A DNA stretch of 35,448 nucleotides from an uncultured Candidatus Saccharibacteria bacterium (lineage in GTDB: Bacteria; Patescibacteriota; Andersenbacteria; UBA10190), in NCBI GenBank assembly GCA_964413615.1, contig CAYPSL010000004.1:1-35448 (forward strand), in the 5' to 3' direction. The notes under the pieces are model-generated. The model was given only the letters and a program-made list of their open reading frames with translations, had not been told where the DNA came from and ran no database searches. Positions within the stretch are counted from its first letter, which is position 1, and every line of letters starts with the position of its first letter. A program made the translations under genes and the position numbers. Below are positions 27,964 through 35,448 of this stretch, piece by piece.

Positions 27964-29250
27964 ATGAAACGAACAGAATCCAAACAAGAGGGATTATATA
28001 CGCCGCTTGCTGCTCGTTTACGGCCCAAAACTCTGGACGATTTTCGTGGCCATGTGGAAGTGTTGGGAAAAGGAAAATCACTTCGGCGAGCCATTGAGCG
28101 CGGCGCTGTTGGGTCGTTGATTCTATGGGGGCCGCCAGGGGTTGGAAAGACTACGCTTGCTGAGCTTATTGCGCGCAATATGAGTGCTGCTATCGAGCGA
28201 GTAAGTGCGGTAACGGCAGGAGTAAAAGACCTACGCGACGTACTTGCTCGTGCAGCGGAGTGGAGAAAGATACAAAAACCTACCGTGCTGATTGTGGATG
28301 AAATTCATCGGTTCAATAAAAGCCAGCAAGATGTTCTGCTGCCTGCCGTTGAGGAGGGGCTTGTTATTATGATTGGCGCTACTACGGAAAACCCGTATTT
28401 CGAAGTAGTCTCTGCGTTGTTATCTCGCGCACAGGTAGTGCGAATGGAAATACTGAAAGACAAAGATATGAAGACAATACTGAAGCGCGCAGAGGCAGAA
28501 TATCCAATGCTTCATATATTACCTGATGCAATAGATGCAATTGTGAAGCGCGCTGGGGGCGATGCACGCCGTGCGCTTAATATATTGGAGCGTGCAACAG
28601 GCGGTAAGAAGCGAGGCGATATATCTGCTGCTGACGTAGAGTCTGCTGCGCATGGCAGCGCGATTCATTACGATAAAACGGGAGACATTCATTACGATAC
28701 AATTTCCGCTTTTATTAAAAGCTTAAGAGGGTCCGATGCTGATGCGGCGCTGTTTTATTTGTTTCGCATGTTGGCCGCGGGGGAAGATCCAAAGTTTATA
28801 GTTCGTCGGATGTTTATATTTGCCTCCGAAGATATTGGGAATGCAGATCCCCATGCGCTTATGGTGGCATCTGCTGCAGGGCATGGGCTTGAATGGGTGG
28901 GATTGCCGGAAGCGGAATATATACTTGCGCATGCTGCGTGCTATTTAGCAGCAGCGCCAAAAAGCGATAGTGTGAAAAATGCGATGTATGCGGTAAAAAA
29001 CGACGTTGCACTTCATGGGAATGATACTCCTCCCGGGCACATTACAAACGCTCCTATTGAAGGGATGAAAACGCACGGAAGAGGGGTTGGGTATAAAAAT
29101 CCTCACGAGTTTCCTTCGCATGTAGCGCCCCAGCAGTATCGTCCATCTTCCGTTCAGTCGCACATATATTACATTCCTGGCGAGGAAGGCTTTGAAAAGG
29201 AGGTAAAACGCAGGATAGAGGCTGCTCGCAAGGTGATATACGGGGAATAA
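27964..29250 (+). CDS. rarA: replication-associated recombination protein A (MgsA/RarA AAA+ ATPase)
   Basis: MKRTESKQEGLYTPLAARLRPKTLDDFRGH is the canonical RarA N-terminus. Walker A GPPGVGKTTLA. Walker B VLIVDEIHRFNK. Also GATTENPYFEV, then the MgsA C-terminal domain (DAALFYLFRMLAAGEDPKFIVRR, GNADP). Confidence 0.93.
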   Translation: MKRTESKQEGLYTPLAARLRPKTLDDFRGHVEVLGKGKSLRRAIERGAVGSLILWGPPGVGKTTLAELIARNMSAAIERVSAVTAGVKDLRDVLARAAEWRKIQKPTVLIVDEIHRFNKSQQDVLLPAVEEGLVIMIGATTENPYFEVVSALLSRAQVVRMEILKDKDMKTILKRAEAEYPMLHILPDAIDAIVKRAGGDARRALNILERATGGKKRGDISAADVESAAHGSAIHYDKTGDIHYDTISAFIKSLRGSDADAALFYLFRMLAAGEDPKFIVRRMFIFASEDIGNADPHALMVASAAGHGLEWVGLPEAEYILAHAACYLAAAPKSDSVKNAMYAVKNDVALHGNDTPPGHITNAPIEGMKTHGRGVGYKNPHEFPSHVAPQQYRPSSVQSHIYYIPGEEGFEKEVKRRIEAARKVIYGE

Positions 29251-29258
29251 AATCTGTG

Positions 29259-29264
29259 TATACT
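29259..29264 (+). promoter_or_regulatory. -10-like hexamer TATACT, 8 nt upstream of the leuS ATG
   Basis: TATACT at 29259-29264, then 8 nt (aacctaat), then ATG 29273, with no SD. Confidence 0.4.
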
Positions 29265-29272
29265 AACCTAAT

Positions 29273-31672
29273 ATGGCAGATAATAAGTACAATCATGCAG
29301 AAATAGAGCAAAAATGGCAGAAGATTTGGGCTGAAAAAAAAGCGTTTGAAACTCCGGAAATTGCATCTGAAAAAAAGTGTTACGTGCTCGATATGTTCCC
29401 GTATCCTTCTGGCGATGGGCTTCATGTTGGGCACCCGAAAGGGTACATTGCAACGGATGTGTATGCCCGTATGAAGATGATGCAGGGGTATGACGTGCTC
29501 CACCCAATGGGTTGGGATGCGTTTGGTCTTCCTGCAGAAAATTACGCAATTAAAAATAAAGTGCATCCGAAAGTTGCAGTTGAGAAAAATATTGCGCGGT
29601 TTAAGGATCAGCTTTCGAAGATTGGATTTACGTATGATTGGAATCGGGAAATAAATACGACAGATCCGGAATACTATAGATGGACGCAGTGGATTTTTTT
29701 ACAGCTATATAAAAAAGGATTGGCATACGAATCGTTTGAACCGATTAACTGGTGCCCTTCCTGCCAAACAGGGCTTGCGAATGAAGACTTGGAGCAGGGA
29801 AAGTGTGAACGATGCGGATCTGTCGTAGAAAAGCGCCCCATGCGGCAATGGATGTTGAAGATTACGGAGTATGCGGATAAGCTTTTGCGCGGGCTTCCGG
29901 ATTTGCAGTGGCCGGAATCTATTAAGGAAAGTCAGCGGAATTGGATTGGAAAAAGCGAAGGTGCGGAAATTAGCTTTCCTATTATATTTGATTCAATGGG
30001 TGCCAAAGAGGGATTGATTCCTGTATTTACCACGCGGCCAGATACACTATTTGGCGCAACGTACCTTGTGTTATCTCCAGAACACCCATGGGTGCAGCTT
30101 GCGATAGATGATGATCATGATGTGCTTGCTAATAAGGAAGAGGTGCGTGCATATATAAAGCGTGCAAGCGAGAAAACAGAGATAGATCGAACCGATGCTA
30201 CAAAAGAAAAAACAGGCGTAGCGGTGCAAGGTGTTATGGCAAAAAATCCTGCAACCGGAAAAGAAATTCCTGTATGGGTGGCCGATTATGTATTTGCTGA
30301 TTATGGCACGGGCGCAATCATGGCAGTACCTGCTCACGATGAGCGAGATAAGCAATTTGCAGAAAAGTTTGGACTACCAATTATTTCTGTTGTGGGAGAA
30401 GATGATGTTCTCGTTGATTCTGGGGAATATACAGGGATGCGACCTGCGGCAGCTAGAGAAAAAATCACAGAAGCGTTTGGAAAGAAGGCAACGCAATACA
30501 AGCTCCGCGATTGGGTGTTTTCTAGGCAGCGATACTGGGGTGAGCCAATTCCGATCATTCATTGCGAAAAGGACGGCGTTGTTCCTGTCCCTGAAAGTGA
30601 TCTGCCTGTTCGGCTTCCAGAAGTTGAAATGTATGAGCCTACGGGAACCGGGGAGTCTCCGCTTGCTGGTATAGAAGAGTGGGTGCATGTGTTGTGCCCA
30701 ACCTGCGGAGGCCCAGCAAAGCGCGAAACAAATACAATGCCTCAATGGGCTGGATCAAGCTGGTATTACATGAGGTATATTGATCCGAAGAATTCAAAGG
30801 AATTCGTTTCTCTGGAAAAAGAAAAATCTTGGATGCCTATTGATGTATACGTGGGCGGTGCAGAGCATGCAACTCGGCATTTGATTTATGCGCGCTTCTG
30901 GCACATTGTGCTGCATGAAATGGGGCATGTGAGTACTCTAGAACCATTTCATACGCTTGAACACGTAGGGCTTATTCTAGCTGAGGATGGAAAGAAAATG
31001 AGCAAGCGATGGGGCAATGTGGTAAATCCGGATGATATTGTTGCGTCTGCCGGAGCTGATACGTTGCGGTTGTATGAAATGTTTATGGGGCCGTTTAATC
31101 AAGCGGTTGCGTGGAGTACGGCAGGCATGCAGGGTCCGCGAAGATTTATTGAGCGAGTGTGGAGAATGGGTACTGCGGGCGCAATATCGGGTACAGCGCA
31201 AGATTCGGAAGGGGTAATTGTAGCGCTTCATAAGACTATTTCTCGGGTAACAACCGACACGCAGTCATTCCGATTTAATACGGCTGTTTCTTCTCTTATG
31301 GAGTGCTTGAATGCAATGGAGAAAGAAAAAAGCATATCGAAAAAAACATTCGAAACATTTTTATTATTACTTGCTCCGTATGCTCCCCATGTAGCAGAAG
31401 AGTTATGGGAGTATCTTGGGAATACTTCGCTTATATCGCGTAGTTCGTGGCCAGAATTTGATGCGAGCCTTGTAGTGGAAAAAACAGTTTCTATTGCCGT
31501 GCAGGTCAATGGAAAAGTTCGCGGAGAGTTATCTGTTGATCCTGCTGCTGCCCAAGCGGAAGTAGAAAGCGCTGCTCGTGCGCTTGAGAATGTGGAAAAA
31601 TACCTGGAGGGAAAAACGGAGAAAAAAGTTATCTACGTTCCTGGCCGATTGATTAACTTTGTCTGCATTTAA
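29273..31672 (+). CDS. leuS: leucyl-tRNA synthetase
   Basis: 799 aa. HIGH motif HVGHPKGY. The CP1 editing region TTRPDTLFGATYLVLSPEHP is diagnostic. KMSKS motif KMSKRWGN. Confidence 0.97.
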   Translation: MADNKYNHAEIEQKWQKIWAEKKAFETPEIASEKKCYVLDMFPYPSGDGLHVGHPKGYIATDVYARMKMMQGYDVLHPMGWDAFGLPAENYAIKNKVHPKVAVEKNIARFKDQLSKIGFTYDWNREINTTDPEYYRWTQWIFLQLYKKGLAYESFEPINWCPSCQTGLANEDLEQGKCERCGSVVEKRPMRQWMLKITEYADKLLRGLPDLQWPESIKESQRNWIGKSEGAEISFPIIFDSMGAKEGLIPVFTTRPDTLFGATYLVLSPEHPWVQLAIDDDHDVLANKEEVRAYIKRASEKTEIDRTDATKEKTGVAVQGVMAKNPATGKEIPVWVADYVFADYGTGAIMAVPAHDERDKQFAEKFGLPIISVVGEDDVLVDSGEYTGMRPAAAREKITEAFGKKATQYKLRDWVFSRQRYWGEPIPIIHCEKDGVVPVPESDLPVRLPEVEMYEPTGTGESPLAGIEEWVHVLCPTCGGPAKRETNTMPQWAGSSWYYMRYIDPKNSKEFVSLEKEKSWMPIDVYVGGAEHATRHLIYARFWHIVLHEMGHVSTLEPFHTLEHVGLILAEDGKKMSKRWGNVVNPDDIVASAGADTLRLYEMFMGPFNQAVAWSTAGMQGPRRFIERVWRMGTAGAISGTAQDSEGVIVALHKTISRVTTDTQSFRFNTAVSSLMECLNAMEKEKSISKKTFETFLLLLAPYAPHVAEELWEYLGNTSLISRSSWPEFDASLVVEKTVSIAVQVNGKVRGELSVDPAAAQAEVESAARALENVEKYLEGKTEKKVIYVPGRLINFVCI

Positions 31673-31690
31673 GTAGTATCATTGAAGGGT

Positions 31691-34600
31691 ATGCATATAC
31701 CCCGTGCTACTATTCGAATTCGCCGGAAAATCCTTCCGCTTGCATGGCTTTTTGAGCTCGGAAGGCTTGCTATTATTACGCTCCTGATAAGCGTGGCTGG
31801 CATTGGAATTGTTCGATATGTACAGCATTCTTCTGAAGTTTCCGCGCTTGAGTTTACCCAAAGAATTGTTGGAGAGTTGGGCGCTGCAGAGGGCGTTCTT
31901 AGTGTTGCAGTTGCAGATATGCAGCGCGATGGTCGGCAAGATATTGTATCTGCCGGAAGGGACGGAGTGAATGTGTATATCCGGCAAGGAAACGGAACGT
32001 TTAAAAAGAAGATTATTGACGAGGTCCGGGGAGAACGCATTATTATCCGAGATTTTAATAAAGATGGATTGCAGGACATGCTGGTGAGCGTTGATGCAAA
32101 CCCGAGCGTAAAACTGTATCTAAATAATGGAGATACGGAATTTTCAAAAACCTGGATAGGAACCGGTTCCCGTGCTGCAATTGCGGCAGGCGATATTGAT
32201 GGCGATGGCGCTGTGGATATTGTCACTTCTACAGAGCAGGGCGGAGAATTTGTTCTGCAGCGATGGATGAATAACGGAACGGGAACATTTACGGCAACTA
32301 CGCTTGCCACAAATACGGGAGTGCGTGCGATTGCTATTGCGGATATTAACGACAACCGTTACCAGGATATTATTATTGGGGGAAGCCAAGGGCTTCAGCA
32401 TTACGATACTTCCAATGGATATTCTTGGAGTCGAGCAGATATTGATGATACTGATCAAACGACGTTTTCTACTATTTCTGTTGGCGATGTGAACGGTGAT
32501 AGTGATACAGACATTGTGATAGGCGATCAGTCTAGCGATACGGTTGCGTATTACCGCCATCTCCAGCATTCATCGTTTGAACGAATTGAGGTCTCAACTG
32601 ATACGGATGCTGCCGCAACACACATCATCGACTTTAATGAGGATGGGTATACGGATATTATTGCAACGTCTCAGGACGAAGATAGTGTGTACTGGTTTCA
32701 AAATGACGGAAAAGATTCTTTTACAAGGCACACTATTGCAACAAACCTTCAAAGCGTATTTGGGTTTTTTGCTTCAGATATTGATGGGGATAATGATTTT
32801 GACTTTGTAGCAGGTGACCACTTCCGCGGGACGATTTATTGGTATGAGAGAACTCACGCCAAGCCAACTGCAAGCGCTCCTTCTGAAATTGCACAGATGA
32901 CTGACGGTTCGGGCAGGATTATATTTACAACTTCAGTTGCTCAGCAGGATTCGTTTCGAACAAGTCTGCGGGTTCAATATTCGCTTGATGGGACTACTTG
33001 GTATAAGGCATACATTTCTAATGCAAAAACAGATAAAGGGAAAATAGATGTTAATCACGATAATGCCTATCAGATCGGAACAAGTAATCCGATTGATACA
33101 GACATCTATTCGGCGGTAAAACTTACCTTAACGTGGGATACGAAATCTACAAAAAATTTAGGAAATCCGATCGTGAGCGATCTTTCCAATGTTCGTATTC
33201 GCCTTACTCCGAAAGATTCTGTGGGGCTTGGGGTTGCTACTTCTAGTCAGGATTTGCGAATTGATAACGGGGCACCTCGGGTGAGTGGTGGACTTACGGC
33301 AACGAGCTCAAACAATGGTTCTGTGGAGTTGTCTTGGAGTAAACCGCAGGACAGGTCATCGATTTCGTATCGAGTGTACTACGGGACAGACTCTGAAGAT
33401 GTGCGCAATCAAAGTTCCCATGCTTGGGACGACTCGAACGATGCGCCTTTAAATGAAAGTGACACAACAAGTACGACTATTACCGGGCTTTCTTCTGGGA
33501 GCGAGTATACATTTAAGCTTGTTGCAAAGGATAGTTTTGGAAATGAAAGCGCATGGCCGTCTACATCGATGACGGCAACATCATCCTCTGCTGGGGAAAG
33601 TCCTACGCCAACAGTAAGCCCTACTCCTACGGGGAGCCCGGACTTAGGTGCTATTGTAGGTGAAAATTCAACGCCTAGCCCCACCCCTGTTCCGACCATT
33701 CAATCAAGGCCGCCTATTGCTGATGCGGGGCCTAATCAAATTGTGAACCCTTCTGCGCTTGTTATTCTCGATGGGTCTGCTTCGAGCGATTTTGGGGGCG
33801 GCAGCGTTTCGTATATATGGAAGCAGCTGGCGGGCCCAGGGGTGGAATTACTTTCTGATCGCACCGCAACTCCATCGTTTTCTGCCGGTGCGGATGGGGG
33901 AACATATATTTTTCAGCTTACAGTGAAAGATACCCTAGGTGCTTCTGCGCTCGATTTAGTTACTGTTTCTGTGAAGCCTCTACCAGAAGTTTCTGCCGCC
34001 CCTATTGTAAGCAGTGCTCCGCTCGCATCTGTTGTGCCGAATGCCCTTGTAGAGCAGCGGTCGGAATTTTCGCTTATTGCTTCAGGATTTTTGAAACCTA
34101 TAAATACGTTTTTGTTTATTGTCGCACTTATCCTAACTTCCTTTTCTGTAGTAGAGAGGGTTATGCATGGGCTTTCCTCTGGATCTAGGGGCGGTGCACG
34201 GGCTTTGGGCTTTGATGCAAGCGCTTCGCATGGCAAAGTTGCTCATTATAAGACGGGTGTCCCAATTGCGGGCGCTCAAGTGATGATATATGGTCCGGAC
34301 GGAAAACTTCGGTCCACGGAGCGCACAAATGAAAAAGGGGAGTTTCCTTCTTCCCTGCCCGTTGGCGAGTATACGTTTGGGGTACATGCGCCAGGATTTA
34401 TTTTTTCGACCAGTGCTTCCGCAACCGTAAAGCCATCAAAGGGGATTGTGTACACGGGGGGTAAAGTTTCCATAACAGACCCCTCAAAACCGATCTCTCT
34501 TATTATTCCAATGAAGCCTTCTCGGCAAGAAGTTACCTCTCTCGCGTCTAGCGGTATTCATCTGTGGCAGTTAATACAGTGGTTTACTCGAATTATTTCT

Positions 34601-35047
34601 TGGCCAATATTTATTGTGGGGTCTCTTTGTAATACGGTGCTCGTATTTTTGGAGCCAGGGTTTCTCTTGCTGGGGTTAGAGGTTATGTATGTGGTTTTGA
34701 TTATCGTGAAATTGGTACTTGAGGTGCGTGTCGGCCCAGCCTACGGCCTTGTTCGCAACGCAATAACTCATATTCCTTTAGACTTGGCTATTGTGCGGCT
34801 ATTTGATCAATCTACGAATCGACTCGTGATGACTCGTATTGCAAATGCAGAGGGGAAGTTTTTCGCCCTTCCGTCTTCCGGTACGTATATGATATCTGTA
34901 ACAAAGCCAGGGTACGCGCCTTTTTCTCGAGAGAATGTTGTGATTAATTCGGGTAGTGATTCCGTGTTGCAAATAACAGCAGACTTAATGCCATTGGTTC
35001 CTTTGGCTGGGGATAGGCTCGCAAGCGTACAGACGGGCGTTATTTGA
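31691..35047 (+). CDS. large surface protein
   Basis: ATG 31691; the track gives TTG 31682. Domain order: N-terminal TM anchor, 7-bladed FG-GAP/VCBS beta-propeller, beta-sandwich, FN3, PT linker, PKD-like domain, and a C-terminal TM/CarboxypepD_reg module. TM: LAIITLLISVAGIGIV. There are seven D-x-(D/N)-x-D-G/x..D+V loops: DMQRDGRQDIV, DFNKDGLQDML, DIDGDGAVDIV, DINDNRYQDII, DVNGDSDTDIV, DFNEDGYTDII, DIDGDNDFDFV. FN3: SVELSWSKP...YRVYYG...TITGLSSGSEYTFKLVAKDSFGNES. PKD-like: PIADAGPNQIV...LDGSASSD...YIWKQLAGPGV...TYIFQLTVKD. Confidence 0.9.
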   Translation: MHIPRATIRIRRKILPLAWLFELGRLAIITLLISVAGIGIVRYVQHSSEVSALEFTQRIVGELGAAEGVLSVAVADMQRDGRQDIVSAGRDGVNVYIRQGNGTFKKKIIDEVRGERIIIRDFNKDGLQDMLVSVDANPSVKLYLNNGDTEFSKTWIGTGSRAAIAAGDIDGDGAVDIVTSTEQGGEFVLQRWMNNGTGTFTATTLATNTGVRAIAIADINDNRYQDIIIGGSQGLQHYDTSNGYSWSRADIDDTDQTTFSTISVGDVNGDSDTDIVIGDQSSDTVAYYRHLQHSSFERIEVSTDTDAAATHIIDFNEDGYTDIIATSQDEDSVYWFQNDGKDSFTRHTIATNLQSVFGFFASDIDGDNDFDFVAGDHFRGTIYWYERTHAKPTASAPSEIAQMTDGSGRIIFTTSVAQQDSFRTSLRVQYSLDGTTWYKAYISNAKTDKGKIDVNHDNAYQIGTSNPIDTDIYSAVKLTLTWDTKSTKNLGNPIVSDLSNVRIRLTPKDSVGLGVATSSQDLRIDNGAPRVSGGLTATSSNNGSVELSWSKPQDRSSISYRVYYGTDSEDVRNQSSHAWDDSNDAPLNESDTTSTTITGLSSGSEYTFKLVAKDSFGNESAWPSTSMTATSSSAGESPTPTVSPTPTGSPDLGAIVGENSTPSPTPVPTIQSRPPIADAGPNQIVNPSALVILDGSASSDFGGGSVSYIWKQLAGPGVELLSDRTATPSFSAGADGGTYIFQLTVKDTLGASALDLVTVSVKPLPEVSAAPIVSSAPLASVVPNALVEQRSEFSLIASGFLKPINTFLFIVALILTSFSVVERVMHGLSSGSRGGARALGFDASASHGKVAHYKTGVPIAGAQVMIYGPDGKLRSTERTNEKGEFPSSLPVGEYTFGVHAPGFIFSTSASATVKPSKGIVYTGGKVSITDPSKPISLIIPMKPSRQEVTSLASSGIHLWQLIQWFTRIISWPIFIVGSLCNTVLVFLEPGFLLLGLEVMYVVLIIVKLVLEVRVGPAYGLVRNAITHIPLDLAIVRLFDQSTNRLVMTRIANAEGKFFALPSSGTYMISVTKPGYAPFSRENVVINSGSDSVLQITADLMPLVPLAGDRLASVQTGVI
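34063..35047 (+). other. C-terminal membrane module, homologous to 25546-26655
   Basis: FLFIVALILTSFSVV. Then GKVAHYKTGVPIAGAQVMIYGPDGKLRSTERTNEKGEFPSSLPVGEYTFGVHAPGFIF. Then helices WPIFIVGSLCNTVLVFL and LLLGLEVMYVVLIIVKLVL. Then GLVRNAITHIPLDLAIVRLFDQSTNRLVMTRIANAEGKFFALPSSGTYMISVTKPGYAPF. Confidence 0.8.
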
Positions 35048-35084
35048 GCAGAAAAAAGAAGGGCTGGAATTTTTTTCGTAACAA

Positions 35085-35093
35085 TGCTACAAA
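35085..35093 (+). promoter_or_regulatory. extended -10-like element TGcTACAAA, 7 nt upstream of ATG 35101
   Basis: TGC TACAAA at 35085-35093, then 7 nt (catacct), then ATG, with no SD. The geometry is consistent with a leaderless transcript. Confidence 0.4.
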
Positions 35094-35100
35094 CATACCT

Positions 35101-35448
35101 ATGCAAGCAATTATCTTAATGGCGGGGAAGGGCACCCGCATGGCAAAGTACTATGAAGGCCCAAAGCAATTATTGCCTGTTGCAGGCAAGCCGGTGGTTC
35201 ACTATCTCTTAGATAGTTTGCCTTCTGAAATAACGGAACTTATTTTTATTGTTGGCGGTCCGCACGAAGAAAAGATTCGCACTCATTTTGCGAGCGGAGA
35301 ATATAACGGCAGACCGATTACGTTTATTCGCCAAGATGAGCAGCTGGGCTTGCCCCATGCGTTTGGCATGGCAAAAGATGTTATTCGCGATAAATGGTTT
35401 GGAAGCGTTGCGGATGATATTTTTGATCCAGTTGCAATTCAAAAGCTC
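35101..35448 (+). CDS. sugar-phosphate nucleotidyltransferase (glucose-1-phosphate thymidylyl/uridylyltransferase-like), 5' partial at the window edge
   Basis: My own translation of an ORF absent from the track because it has no stop inside the window: MQAIILMAGKGTRMAKYYEGPKQLLPVAGKPVVHYLLDSL...FIRQDEQLGLPHAFGMAKD. It carries the G-x-G-T-R-x signature and the (K)QLLPV motif of the NTP_transferase family. Confidence 0.85.
   Translation, partial: MQAIILMAGKGTRMAKYYEGPKQLLPVAGKPVVHYLLDSLPSEITELIFIVGGPHEEKIRTHFASGEYNGRPITFIRQDEQLGLPHAFGMAKDVIRDKWFGSVADDIFDPVAIQKL

Noticed and set aside
31669-32355. 228-aa minus-strand ORF antisense to the start of the FG-GAP gene. Many similar antisense ORFs lie inside argS, ileS, glyQS, leuS and the peptidase gene.
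   Set aside because: They are embedded in strongly supported + strand genes, have low-complexity or unrecognisable products, and lack initiation signals.
35048-35080. Possible terminator after the FG-GAP gene (GAAAAAA...TTTTTTC)
   Set aside because: The stem would be almost entirely A-U pairs with a 13-nt loop, which is not convincing as an intrinsic terminator.

Overview
This is a compact bacterial window that is almost entirely coding and almost entirely on the + strand. I called 26 protein genes and saw no rRNA, tRNA, CRISPR array, transposase or integrase. The backbone is housekeeping. It includes five aminoacyl-tRNA synthetase genes (argS, ileS, glyQS, leuS), recO, a divergent tgt, tatD, rarA, an M16 peptidase, an AI-2E permease, and a partial sugar-phosphate nucleotidyltransferase at the 3' edge.

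Three envelope proteins sit among these genes:
- a 654-aa membrane-anchored protein with DUF11/CARDB-like repeats (8776-10740);
- a 2,924-aa giant surface protein (17881-26655);
- a roughly 1,118-aa FG-GAP propeller / FN3 / PKD-like protein (31691-35047).

The gene density, short or absent intergenic regions, clustered synthetases and giant surface proteins resemble a reduced, symbiont-type genome such as Patescibacteria/CPR. That placement is inference only.

Most noteworthy observations:
1. The two largest surface proteins end in the same roughly 300-aa module: hydrophobic segment, CarboxypepD_reg-like beta-sandwich, hydrophobic helices, second beta-sandwich. I cannot assign it to a known anchor or sorting system. 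In the giant protein it occupies the position where a beta-barrel translocator would follow autotransporter-type (PATR) repeats.
2. The giant gene is a nested mosaic of in-frame segmental duplications, including two identical 450-bp copies 2,043 bp apart.
3. A DUF559 (Vsr-like endonuclease fold) gene is bracketed by two near-identical 24-bp palindromes, inserted between glyQS and the peptidase gene.
4. A -10-like hexamer (TATACT, TAGTAT or TGnTAnAnT) recurs 6-11 nt upstream of start codons that lack a Shine-Dalgarno sequence. This suggests widespread leaderless or near-leaderless mRNAs.
5. The Tgt has lost all four zinc ligands and has a rewritten preQ1-pocket loop. The ArgRS has TLGN in place of the HIGH signature.
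6. A unit of about 315 nt, bounded by a promoter and a terminator, encodes either an Arg-rich 51-aa microprotein or a structured RNA.

All calls come from reading the sequence and recalling family motifs. No searches were run.
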